Shown: piece by piece, positions 9,968 through 18,485 of the stretch | Layout: each line of letters begins with the position of its first letter | Position numbering within the stretch: position 1 is the first letter of the stretch | The notes under the pieces: generated by a model | Database searches by the model: none | What the model saw: the letters and a program-made list of their open reading frames with translations, nothing else | What the model was told of the DNA's origin: nothing | IMG/VR virus record: IMGVR_UViG_3300034103_001442 | Location: 64,001 to 128,000 of that record | Reading direction: 5' to 3' (one strand) | DNA length: 64,000 nt | Origin: a virus | Program-made: the position numbers and the translations under genes

Positions 9968-10527
9968 CAGCCCTCCTTTTTCTTCCATGGCATGTTTGGC
10001 ATATCAGGAAGTTTGATATCAATGCCACGTTTCTTATTTTCTTCATCAATCTTTTTGTTCACTTCAAGTAGATATTTCTGAAGTGATACCAACTGCTGAC
10101 TGTTTTGTAAGCAGATGGAGTAATTCTCAACAACTGTTTGTAGGGCTACGTTGTCTTTAACAAATGAACTGCTACCATCAGCAGCAAGATTTAGATCGAG
10201 ATCAATCGCTGGAGAAGCGCCAGCATTGTGGGCGTGTATCCAACCATTCGATAGGTCATACTGACCAGGAACTTTTTCAGACGCAGCCTCAACGATTTTA
10301 GTTTCTTTTTCTTTGATCTTTGTGATTCTGTCAACATACTCCACCTTGACAACTTCGCGGATCATAGCCTGTTCTTTTTTCAAGGCAATGGATAGTTCCT
10401 CAGCCTCATTTGCAGCACGTTGTATTTCAACTTCGCCTTGAGCAATACCTTTTTTATATCCAGCACCAAATGCGCCGCCAACAATCAATACAACTGCTAG
10501 AATTTTATATGGAAGTGGTATAAGCAT
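9967..10527 (-). CDS. i-spanin-like protein (Rz-like)
   Basis: N-terminal TM, coiled coil, NY..C..N..QL..LQ. Confidence 0.7.
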   Translation of the reverse strand: MLIPLPYKILAVVLIVGGAFGAGYKKGIAQGEVEIQRAANEAEELSIALKKEQAMIREVVKVEYVDRITKIKEKETKIVEAASEKVPGQYDLSNGWIHAHNAGASPAIDLDLNLAADGSSSFVKDNVALQTVVENYSICLQNSQQLVSLQKYLLEVNKKIDEENKKRGIDIKLPDMPNMPWKKKEG

Positions 10528-10531
10528 AACA

Positions 10532-10708
10532 TTATCCTGGCAACCTTCTCTTCAACAATTTGAGAAGCATGTTTTGTTTTTCATTGTGACGTTTATATTT
10601 GGCATGCGCTTTTGCTGAAACTGGTGGATCACCTTGAGTCCCCGCAATATTGCCACCACCTGAAGTGTTTACAGGTGCTTCTTCTCTAAATGACTTAAAA
10701 TCTTTCAT
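10532..10708 (-). CDS. 58-aa hypothetical, possible internal head protein
   Basis: hand-translated MKDFKSFREEAPVNTSGGGNIAG...; below ORF-track cutoff. Confidence 0.65.
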   Translation of the reverse strand: MKDFKSFREEAPVNTSGGGNIAGTQGDPPVSAKAHAKYKRHNEKQNMLLKLLKRRLPG

Positions 10709-11103
10709 CAGATTTTCCCTAATATTTTTACAATATTCTCATCTGACTCGATGTCAGAACTACGGACCGTTTTGTTTTCAATTCCAATTCCATGCATTAC
10801 ATCAGGCATTTGATTTAGGAGAATAAGAAATGGTTTCAAATACCTGTAATACCCATCCAATTTAAAAAACAATAACTTCGTGGTTGCTGGACCAAACATA
10901 TTATACAGAACGATCAAGTGATTCAGTATCAACCGCTCTTTCAACTCACCTGACTCTTCATAACGATTGAACAAACGTTTCAAATACTTAAAACGGTTCA
11001 AGTCATCGTAAAATTCAAGTGTGTCATAGTACTGCGGATTATCATAATGTTTCGCAGCATATAACAAAAAATTGGTATCGTCAACTTTATCAAAATTCAT
11101 CAC
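10708..11103 (-). CDS. conserved T4-like hypothetical protein
   Basis: YAAKHYDNP..EFYDDL.RFKYLKRL..ERLILNH pattern. Confidence 0.75.
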   Translation of the reverse strand: MMNFDKVDDTNFLLYAAKHYDNPQYYDTLEFYDDLNRFKYLKRLFNRYEESGELKERLILNHLIVLYNMFGPATTKLLFFKLDGYYRYLKPFLILLNQMPDVMHGIGIENKTVRSSDIESDENIVKILGKI

Positions 11104-11339
11104 GCAAGTCTAACTTTCACATCCCCTGCACCAGTGTAATACAAATGACCGACGGCAACACCGCCAGTGTTTGCTGCTGAGTCATTAGCATATGGACCAC
11201 GAACAACTGCTCCACGCAAAGTTGTTAATGTTACCTTTTTAGTTGTGTTTACAGATACATCTGAAACGATAAAAAGGTCTGACCCATCTAATGATGTCAG
11301 TGCAGTAAACTCTGCGAATTTTTTTGCTCTGTCAGACAT
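11100..11339 (-). CDS. small virion-associated/hypothetical protein
   Basis: TKKVTL, YANDSAA..GGVAVG.LY motif typical of tail proteins. Confidence 0.55.
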   Translation of the reverse strand: MSDRAKKFAEFTALTSLDGSDLFIVSDVSVNTTKKVTLTTLRGAVVRGPYANDSAANTGGVAVGHLYYTGAGDVKVRLA

Positions 11340-11759
11340 TTAATTACACCATGATTGTTTTGCATCGCCAAAATATTCGCGAGCAAATCCGTTTTTAATT
11401 AGTTCTGCTCTGAGTGACTTTCCATCAACGATGATATCACCCAAAACTCGACCGCCAAATTTGTCCCACTCTTTAATTTCTACTTGAACCTTTTTACCAG
11501 TTGTAAGTAGATTTTTTGTAAACTCACTTGCAGCCAAACCACGCTTGGCTTCAGACTCACATTTGGCTCTGAAACCTTTTTCAGGTGTATCAACGCCAAA
11601 CACGCGGATCTTTAACTTATCACCAAGTTCTTTTGGTAACCAGTTGACTTGAATCTCAACCGTGTCCCCATCTACAGCCCGTGTCACTTTCCAATCGTGT
11701 GGATTGGCAGCGACCGTGGCTGTGAATGATAGGGCAAGTGCTGCAAACAAAACTTTCAT
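11340..11759 (-). CDS. thermonuclease (SNase family) with signal peptide
   Basis: VDGDT, RVFGVDTPE, DKFGGRVLG, LIKNGFAR; true start likely MKVLFAALALS at 11759. Confidence 0.88.
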   Translation of the reverse strand: MKVLFAALALSFTATVAANPHDWKVTRAVDGDTVEIQVNWLPKELGDKLKIRVFGVDTPEKGFRAKCESEAKRGLAASEFTKNLLTTGKKVQVEIKEWDKFGGRVLGDIIVDGKSLRAELIKNGFAREYFGDAKQSWCN

Positions 11760-11767
11760 TGTTGGTA

Positions 11768-12415
11768 TTAGGTTACCGTCAATGTAGCGTTGTTGGATAC
11801 TGCGTTTGCTGCGCCAGCTGTTGAAACTTGGGCGCGGAGCAGTGTTCCAGTTGCGATCGTGTTTGCATCGACTGTGAGTGTCGCAGTTGTTTGACCGCTG
11901 AAACCTGCAACGGCTGCTGTTGTAGCAAATGTTGCCGTGTTTCCTGGTGACGTTGTGTACTGCCACAAGTAACTGAGTGATGCGCCAGCTGGTGCTGAAG
12001 CAGCAACAACACTGAATGTTGCCTGTTCGTTTGCAGCAGAGTTGGCTGAATCGTTTGCTGGTTGTGATGTGATTGACAACTTGTAGTCTGGAAAACGAAC
12101 ATCTTCAGCGTCACCAGTGATTGTGTTCATTGCAACGAGAACTTCGTTGTGGACACGACCTGCGCGACCGCCAGAACCTACTGTTCTGAGAACCCAGCCT
12201 GAGTGTGCTGATTTTGTGTTCGCGCCAGCACGTGCTGCAACTGCCTCGCCTTCAGCAACACCGAACTGACCGTGTGTGGCACCTGTTACGTATGCGTCTG
12301 CGGTTGTGTTGCCAAAAAGATTGGTTTGGTTAGCAGTGTTTGCTTCCTTATTTAATTGTGACACCGCCCAAAGTACTGAATTTGCAGCGTCGTCTGTATT
12401 GCCCCATTGTGCCAT
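11768..12415 (-). CDS. virion structural protein with C-terminal Ig-like domain
   Basis: MAQWG..HSGWV..GR...E.LVAM N-domain; ITSQP..FSV.A..LSYLWQ..SNNATLTV Ig pattern. Confidence 0.7.
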   Translation of the reverse strand: MAQWGNTDDAANSVLWAVSQLNKEANTANQTNLFGNTTADAYVTGATHGQFGVAEGEAVAARAGANTKSAHSGWVLRTVGSGGRAGRVHNEVLVAMNTITGDAEDVRFPDYKLSITSQPANDSANSAANEQATFSVVAASAPAGASLSYLWQYTTSPGNTATFATTAAVAGFSGQTTATLTVDANTIATGTLLRAQVSTAGAANAVSNNATLTVT

Positions 12416-12457
12416 TTCTTATTCTCCTAGAAAGGTTGTATCCTTATTTATTTAATA

Positions 12458-12691
12458 TTATTGTTGGTCAGAATTGATCATGTCATCCATATATTGGGAT
12501 GACCTTCTTGTGTTAAGTCTTTTTATCTTTTCTTTTTTCTTTTCTTCTAATGGTAATTCTTGCTGCACCGTTGGACCAACTTTTCTTCTAATCTCTTCAA
12601 AAGAAGGACCACTCCAAGTTTTCACTGAAGTTTTCTTTTCCTCTGGCTTTACAAATTTGCCATCGGTAAAATTGGATGCTTTAATTCCCAT
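12458..12691 (-). CDS. hypothetical protein
   Basis: coupled ORF. Confidence 0.55.
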   Translation of the reverse strand: MGIKASNFTDGKFVKPEEKKTSVKTWSGPSFEEIRRKVGPTVQQELPLEEKKKEKIKRLNTRRSSQYMDDMINSDQQ

Positions 12692-15120
12692 CAGTCTGCT
12701 GTGTCGCCGAAACTTTTGTCGCGACCCTTGTTTTTGTACTTCATCGCAGCCCTCGCAATAGCAGCCATTCTTTGCTTTTGGTCAAGTGGCTTCTTTGCTA
12801 CTGGCTTTTCAACTTCTGTTGCAGCCTTCATGAAATGCTCATGAGATTTTGCAATCTTTTTTTGGTATACTTTCTTTTCATCAGGCTTCATTGCCATGTA
12901 TTTGCCAATAACCTTTTTGGCATGTCCTGGCTCAACAGGATGCTTTTGACCATCTTTGAATGTTACATGATATGGCTTTTCGGAGTCAGATGCCTTCTTT
13001 AATTGCATCATGATATGTTGATCTGGCTCATCCATAACAGCAGCATAGAATTTGGCACGTGCTACAGGATCCTTCGGTGGGCGACCACGACGACCTTCAT
13101 CCACCTGCTCGACTTCTTCCTTCTTCATAGGATTTGGCAACTTACGATAAATGTCAGCAACTTTCTTTGACCCTAATTTAGGATCTTTCATCACCTCACG
13201 ACCTGCAATCTTTGGTGACTGCATATCTTTCTTTACGCCTTGAATATAAGCATGAGCGCCAATTTGTCTGGTGGCATTATCTTTCTTGGCTTTATTTTCC
13301 ATATTACGTTCATCAAGTGTTTGATCACCAGTTGGCTCGTAACTGTCACCATGATACTTCATATCAGGCGGGTACACTTTTAGACCCATTGGAACTTCTT
13401 TTTCTGGTGGCTTTGGATTTTTTGCTGCATCAAATGCACGAATTTTCTTCAATGCTTTTGATTTATACCCTTGACGTTTTGCGAGTTTTTCAATAGCCTT
13501 ATCAGGATCTGCACTGCGTTTTGCATCAAGAACATCTTTGATCTTTACTTTGCTACGATCGCTTGCAACGTAATCCTTGAGTCTTTTAACACCCTTCTCA
13601 GTGTTTCCAATCTCATCAATTTGTTCGACTTCTTCGTTTGTCTTAGCGACTTGTTTTTTATCATATTCTTTGCGAGCCTGAGTCAGCATTTCCTCACCAC
13701 GCTTACGGCTGGCATCGCTTGATACTTTTTCTCTGTCAAATGCGCGTTGCAATTTGACGGCTGCACTCATACGTTTCGAGCCTTCATCCACTTGCTCGAC
13801 TTCTTCGCCCATCTGAACTAGACTTCTGCTCACGTCGCCGATTTTCTTTTTTGTTTTTGCTGTATCCAAACCGTATTTCTTTTGATGGGTGTGCATTGCA
13901 TTGAGATACTTTAAATGCGTGTTTAATTCTGTTTTGCTACCAACCATTGAACCTTTGTCCATAGATTGAATTTTTTGCATATCAGCGGCTTGGTCTTCGT
14001 TTACTGATTCGACTTCTTCTTTAAACTGATCAGTCTTGTATTTTTTAGCAAACTTCAAAAAATCACGCTTGATGTATTCGTGATCATCTTCATAGCCAGC
14101 AAGATGACGACCGTGAGTAGAGTCAAGATAGTGTTTGGCCATCGTTGAATTTGTGCCAGTCAAACTTCTGACTTTTGCGTGCATTTTAGAATACTTTTGA
14201 TCAGCATTATCTGAATGCTGACCGTGATAACCGTGACCAGGATTGCTTGTGACTGCTTCTTCGACTTGCTCAACTTCTTCTTTCTTCATAGCAGACAATG
14301 TACCTGCTTGTGGAGGCTTTTTCCACTGCTTCTTTGATTCAGCATCAACCTTCTTTTGAACTTCTTTTTGGCGAGCAGCGCGCATTGCTGAGGAAATAGC
14401 ATTGCGGCGTTTCTTGAGGTAGTTGTCAGAAGAGTCAACCTTTCCATCGTTGTTGACGTCTTTATCTTCTTTACCGACTGGGTCAAGTTTCTCCATGACC
14501 TTTTTGGCGGCTTCAACGACTGCAGGATTTGCTCCCAAATTTTTGTCTGCGACCATTTCTGTTTCCTCTGGATTAAATTCGTCATCAATAACTTTTACTT
14601 TACGTTCTGCTTTGGCAGCACGTGTGATGAATTGTTTCGTGTTGTCCACGTCAAAGTCACGTGGCTCCTGGGTATACTCTGTTGGCTTGCTTGTAAATGG
14701 GTTGCCCTCTGTTCCAGCATGTTTGAATAATTTTTCAACATGTGGTTGGAGGTAATTTATTTCACCCTCAAGTCCTAGTTTTGTTGCCAGGTACTGAATT
14801 TTAGACATATGATCTTTTGCATTTTCCAAATCAGTATCACTGACCTGTTTCTTAACCATCGCACCTTTTACAAGAGCAAACAACTTGTCATGGTGAATGG
14901 CGAGGTGTTCGGCATCAATGGCATTTGAATTTTTTGGAATGCCTTGCGAGAAAAGTTTTTGAGCCTCTGGAGAAATCTCAAAATGTTTTGATTTGTATGT
15001 ACCAACCGTGACTTGATCGTTTGGGTCATGCTCCATTGTGTCACGATCTTTAGTTACAGAAATTGCTCCTGTTTTGCCTTCGAGCATATCACGAATTTTA
15101 CTTTCTAAACTCTTGTACAT
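12691..15120 (-). CDS. large basic modular protein, putative internal virion polyprotein
   Basis: start MYKSLES at 15120; repeated EEVEQ(V/I)(D/E)E linkers, DxNNDG loop, GRRGRPPK AT-hook. Confidence 0.8.
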   Translation of the reverse strand: MYKSLESKIRDMLEGKTGAISVTKDRDTMEHDPNDQVTVGTYKSKHFEISPEAQKLFSQGIPKNSNAIDAEHLAIHHDKLFALVKGAMVKKQVSDTDLENAKDHMSKIQYLATKLGLEGEINYLQPHVEKLFKHAGTEGNPFTSKPTEYTQEPRDFDVDNTKQFITRAAKAERKVKVIDDEFNPEETEMVADKNLGANPAVVEAAKKVMEKLDPVGKEDKDVNNDGKVDSSDNYLKKRRNAISSAMRAARQKEVQKKVDAESKKQWKKPPQAGTLSAMKKEEVEQVEEAVTSNPGHGYHGQHSDNADQKYSKMHAKVRSLTGTNSTMAKHYLDSTHGRHLAGYEDDHEYIKRDFLKFAKKYKTDQFKEEVESVNEDQAADMQKIQSMDKGSMVGSKTELNTHLKYLNAMHTHQKKYGLDTAKTKKKIGDVSRSLVQMGEEVEQVDEGSKRMSAAVKLQRAFDREKVSSDASRKRGEEMLTQARKEYDKKQVAKTNEEVEQIDEIGNTEKGVKRLKDYVASDRSKVKIKDVLDAKRSADPDKAIEKLAKRQGYKSKALKKIRAFDAAKNPKPPEKEVPMGLKVYPPDMKYHGDSYEPTGDQTLDERNMENKAKKDNATRQIGAHAYIQGVKKDMQSPKIAGREVMKDPKLGSKKVADIYRKLPNPMKKEEVEQVDEGRRGRPPKDPVARAKFYAAVMDEPDQHIMMQLKKASDSEKPYHVTFKDGQKHPVEPGHAKKVIGKYMAMKPDEKKVYQKKIAKSHEHFMKAATEVEKPVAKKPLDQKQRMAAIARAAMKYKNKGRDKSFGDTAD

Positions 15121-15566
15121 TATTCGTTTCCTGTTGAAATTGTAGCCTTGAGCATCCAACGGTGTTTTTGGTGAATGTCAATGCGCTCTTCCAAAAAGTT
15201 TACAATACCATTTTCGCCAAGTTCATCAGCGATATTGCGGGCGTTTTTTAAACTAGCCAAAAGCAAATTGTTATCAGTGTAAAGTTTCGTCACCATTCCA
15301 ATTGCAGAAGGGATCAAAGTTTCATCTTTAACTGATGACAGTTCGATAAATCTAGAAAATGATCCTGGTGAATATGAATCCAGTGCCCTAATATGCTCTG
15401 CGATTCCATCAACAGCAGTATCAACTTCTTCATATAGTTTACCAAACATTTCATGATATTGATGGAAATCTGGTCCCTCAACATTCCAATGGAAATATTG
15501 AGCCTTCAAACGGAAAGCAAAACTCTCCGCTAGAACTTTCTTCATTGCTTCAATCAATTGTTCCAT
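15120..15566 (-). CDS. dps: Dps DNA-binding ferritin-like protein
   Basis: HWNVEGPDF..YHEMF..LYEE...D.IAEHIR, K..WML. Confidence 0.92.
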   Translation of the reverse strand: MEQLIEAMKKVLAESFAFRLKAQYFHWNVEGPDFHQYHEMFGKLYEEVDTAVDGIAEHIRALDSYSPGSFSRFIELSSVKDETLIPSAIGMVTKLYTDNNLLLASLKNARNIADELGENGIVNFLEERIDIHQKHRWMLKATISTGNE

Positions 15567-15567
15567 A

Positions 15568-15852
15568 TCAACTTTCTACCTTTGCTCCTGCACGCCACTG
15601 ACGGCAACTCCAATATCTAGGTGTTGTTCTATCTGTAGCAGTTGCGCACTTGTGGCGAGCACGGAATGAGGCGCGACGTTTTGGATCATCGCGTTTGATT
15701 TCCATATTTGGGTCACCAAAACGAACTGTTTTGACATTTCCAGTTGATTTGTCGCGAACCTTCACCATAAACTTTCTTGGACCGCCAGGAGTGCGCTGGA
15801 TTTTACCCAATGTTTCTTCATCCAAGTTTCTAAACTCTGTAAACTTAATCAT
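15568..15852 (-). CDS. small basic conserved phage protein
   Basis: VRFGDPNM..RRASFRARHKC..YWSC..W; N-terminus MIKFTEF..LDEE. Confidence 0.75.
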   Translation of the reverse strand: MIKFTEFRNLDEETLGKIQRTPGGPRKFMVKVRDKSTGNVKTVRFGDPNMEIKRDDPKRRASFRARHKCATATDRTTPRYWSCRQWRAGAKVES

Positions 15853-18401
15853 TTGTCTACTTCCTGTTTATTGTTCATAAGGAAATCATGAACTGAATTG
15901 ATATAGTCTGCAGCCTTTGTAATCTTTGACTGAACCCAAGCATCGAGTTGTTTATCAGATGACATTTTAGATGAAATTGCTTGAGCCTTTTTGATCAAGC
16001 CCATCAACTCACTTTTTGCCATTGCGCCTTCGTCATCTGTGCCTTCGCTGATGAAGTTATCAAAACGATGCTTGATGATTGATTCCATTTGTAACAACTG
16101 GCTCAACTCTTCAACGCCAGGATAGTTTACAAAACCAGCCTTGATTTCAATTCCAGCATCGGCGGCAGTGATCATTTGGCCAATGCCAGCAGCACGGTCA
16201 AGCATGAAGGACTCATTCATTGTGAATGAATTGTTTTCTATTTCACCCTCATTTTCTTCTTTTGCGAATTTTTCTTTCTTTGTTATCGTGAGCATTTTTT
16301 TCAATGCGCCTGATCTTGCCAATCCAAGATTTTTAATTTGATTTTTCGAACCAATTCCTCCAGCGGCACGAGCAATTGTTGTATCGTGTTTTGATGCCAA
16401 AGCAGTTCCTGGTTTGAATTTTGCTTTTTGTGGTGTGCCAACTTTTATGATGCCACCTTTACTTAAGAAATTTTGCACGTCATTTTCCAAATCTGTTGTT
16501 GATGGCTTTTTTAAGACCTTTGTCATAGCACGACTTACTTCATCAATTTTTTCCACACTCACCAACATGCCATCTTTACCGACTTTGTATCCTTCTGGGA
16601 TTGGTTTGCACATTTTATCTTCAAAACAATAGTACTGACCAGGAGCGCATTCGGTTTTTGTTTCTTCTGAAACAGACTTCCAGCCACCACCCTTCGACTT
16701 GTACCATTTTGCAGCCCAACCGTTAGCATATGCTGATGGGTAAACATCAAACTTACTCTTTGCTAATGATTTTGCCTTTGACCATAGTTCTGGGTTTGTT
16801 GGTACGTTCTTTTCTTCAAGGTGTTCGACTTCTTCAGTTTTTACGAAAACTGGTTTGCCGCCTTTACCCTCGCGGTCAGCAACAGGGTCTTCCCTTCTTT
16901 TTCTTCTAGCAGCCTTTGCTCTATCTTCTTTATCCATTGCTCTGGCTTGAGCGAGTGGGAGGCACTTCGGCTTACCCTCACCCTCTTCACGAGCGCAGTC
17001 ACCTTTGATTTTACCCTTGGTGTCCATTCGAACCCACTTTTGATCAAACCACTTACGCAAATCTTCAGTGATTTGTTTTGATGCCCATGCGTCATCAATT
17101 GGGTTTGGATATGGGCGACCTGCTTCCTTTGCGCGAGCAGCAGCCTTTGCTTTTTGCTGTGGTGAGAGGTTCATTTCCTCTTCGATTTCTTTTTCAGGCT
17201 CTAACTTTTTCTTTTGCTTTGCTAGACGCTCTGTTTCTTTCTTTTCTGTATCAACGTCTTTCCAGTAGCCTTCAAACATTTCATTTGTCTTTTGGCATGG
17301 CGTGTCTTTTTTGTATTTCTTCACTAGTTTTGTTGTCCCTTCGTCACCAGCACCGCCAGCCTCATTTACTGGAACACAATTAGGAACCAGTTTACCATTT
17401 TTCTTTTTCATTCCCTTTTGGGTGTAACCATCCCAGCATTTTTCTCTAAGGTCTGAATCTAATTCATATGCCTTACCACCCGCAATGTAAGAATTTACTC
17501 GGGCAAATGCATATTGTTCTTGTGTTTGTTTTCCGTCCCAAGCCTCAAGCCCACGCTCAAAAATTGTTTTGAGTGTTTCTAACTCAACACCACTTTGCTC
17601 TGATTTCTTTTCGAGTGACTCATGAATTGGGTTGATTGGCGCAACCTTGTCAAGCATTTCGACAAGTGTTGACTTGAATGGATTTGTTTCTTCCAGTTCA
17701 TTAATCATTGTCTCAATGATATTGATAAGTGTTTCTGGGGTATACTCTTCAGCCATTTGCTGAATTGAAGTTTGATCTTCCTTATTCAGCAATTGTGAAA
17801 AAAGAGTTTCGAATTCTGCATTAAATGATTCGTGTTGTACAGCGGCTGGCACTTCACCCTTTAGAGCCAACTGTGGCTCTGAGTGCAGACTCTTCATTTG
17901 CTGACCCTTATAGAATGAACTCAAACGTTCGAATTCTTTACGGCGAATTTTTGGGAGCAAACGTGCTGCTAGACGTTTGATCAGTGCAGCCTTGCCCTCA
18001 AGTCTTTTATCAACTTGAATCTTTTGGGCAACGCTCAACTCGGCATATGGTTTGCCTTTGATTCCTGAAAAACGTTTTTTCAAAATCTCACGCGCTGCAC
18101 GTTCAGCACGGACTTGAAGTTTTTGTTTTGTTGCGGCTCTTTTCTTTGAAATTTCTCTTGCGCGCTCTAACTTCGACTCATAGCGTCTCATAATGCGAGC
18201 ACGCTTTTGTCTTTGCATAATCGTTAGGGCTTTACCCTCCTCGAGGGGAGGAGTTAGGTCTACGGCATCCTCTCGTTGTAATTTATCATTATCAATTTTT
18301 TGCTGAGGATTTGTGTCAATTTTATCTAATGGTTTCCCAGTTTTGGATCTGCCAGTAACTTTACCAACGCTGGTTTTCTTTTCTGTATCTTTATGGTTCA
18401 T
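15849..18401 (-). CDS. large mosaic protein, putative internal virion polyprotein
   Basis: ATG at 18401 downstream of late promoter; string of short modules (KCWDGY..VPNCVP, LRKWF..PKCLP, YPSAYANGW, WVQSKITKAADY). Confidence 0.8.
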   Translation of the reverse strand: MNHKDTEKKTSVGKVTGRSKTGKPLDKIDTNPQQKIDNDKLQREDAVDLTPPLEEGKALTIMQRQKRARIMRRYESKLERAREISKKRAATKQKLQVRAERAAREILKKRFSGIKGKPYAELSVAQKIQVDKRLEGKAALIKRLAARLLPKIRRKEFERLSSFYKGQQMKSLHSEPQLALKGEVPAAVQHESFNAEFETLFSQLLNKEDQTSIQQMAEEYTPETLINIIETMINELEETNPFKSTLVEMLDKVAPINPIHESLEKKSEQSGVELETLKTIFERGLEAWDGKQTQEQYAFARVNSYIAGGKAYELDSDLREKCWDGYTQKGMKKKNGKLVPNCVPVNEAGGAGDEGTTKLVKKYKKDTPCQKTNEMFEGYWKDVDTEKKETERLAKQKKKLEPEKEIEEEMNLSPQQKAKAAARAKEAGRPYPNPIDDAWASKQITEDLRKWFDQKWVRMDTKGKIKGDCAREEGEGKPKCLPLAQARAMDKEDRAKAARRKRREDPVADREGKGGKPVFVKTEEVEHLEEKNVPTNPELWSKAKSLAKSKFDVYPSAYANGWAAKWYKSKGGGWKSVSEETKTECAPGQYYCFEDKMCKPIPEGYKVGKDGMLVSVEKIDEVSRAMTKVLKKPSTTDLENDVQNFLSKGGIIKVGTPQKAKFKPGTALASKHDTTIARAAGGIGSKNQIKNLGLARSGALKKMLTITKKEKFAKEENEGEIENNSFTMNESFMLDRAAGIGQMITAADAGIEIKAGFVNYPGVEELSQLLQMESIIKHRFDNFISEGTDDEGAMAKSELMGLIKKAQAISSKMSSDKQLDAWVQSKITKAADYINSVHDFLMNNKQEVDK

Positions 18402-18466
18402 CAGAGTTTCCCTTGGGCTTATCTGGTACAACGAGCGGGATTGCCGTAGCCTAACCGCCTCTGTTT
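18402..18466 (-). ncRNA. candidate structured 5-prime leader RNA
   Basis: CAGAG/CTCTG closing stem abutting ATG, GCGG/CCGC inner stem, GGCT/AGCC possible pseudoknot. Confidence 0.4.
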
Positions 18467-18474
18467 TATTTATA
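18467..18474 (-). promoter_or_regulatory. T4-type late promoter TATAAATA
   Basis: exact consensus in intergenic region. Confidence 0.8.
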
Positions 18475-18485
18475 AAATGTTTTAC

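Noticed and set aside
11760-11966. N-terminal extension of thermonuclease in ORF track
   Set aside because: overlaps the upstream Ig-domain gene; the signal peptide begins at 11759
18395-18412. hammerhead core (CTGATGA / GAAAC), also CTGATGA near 51340
   Set aside because: order and spacing of core elements and required stems are not satisfied
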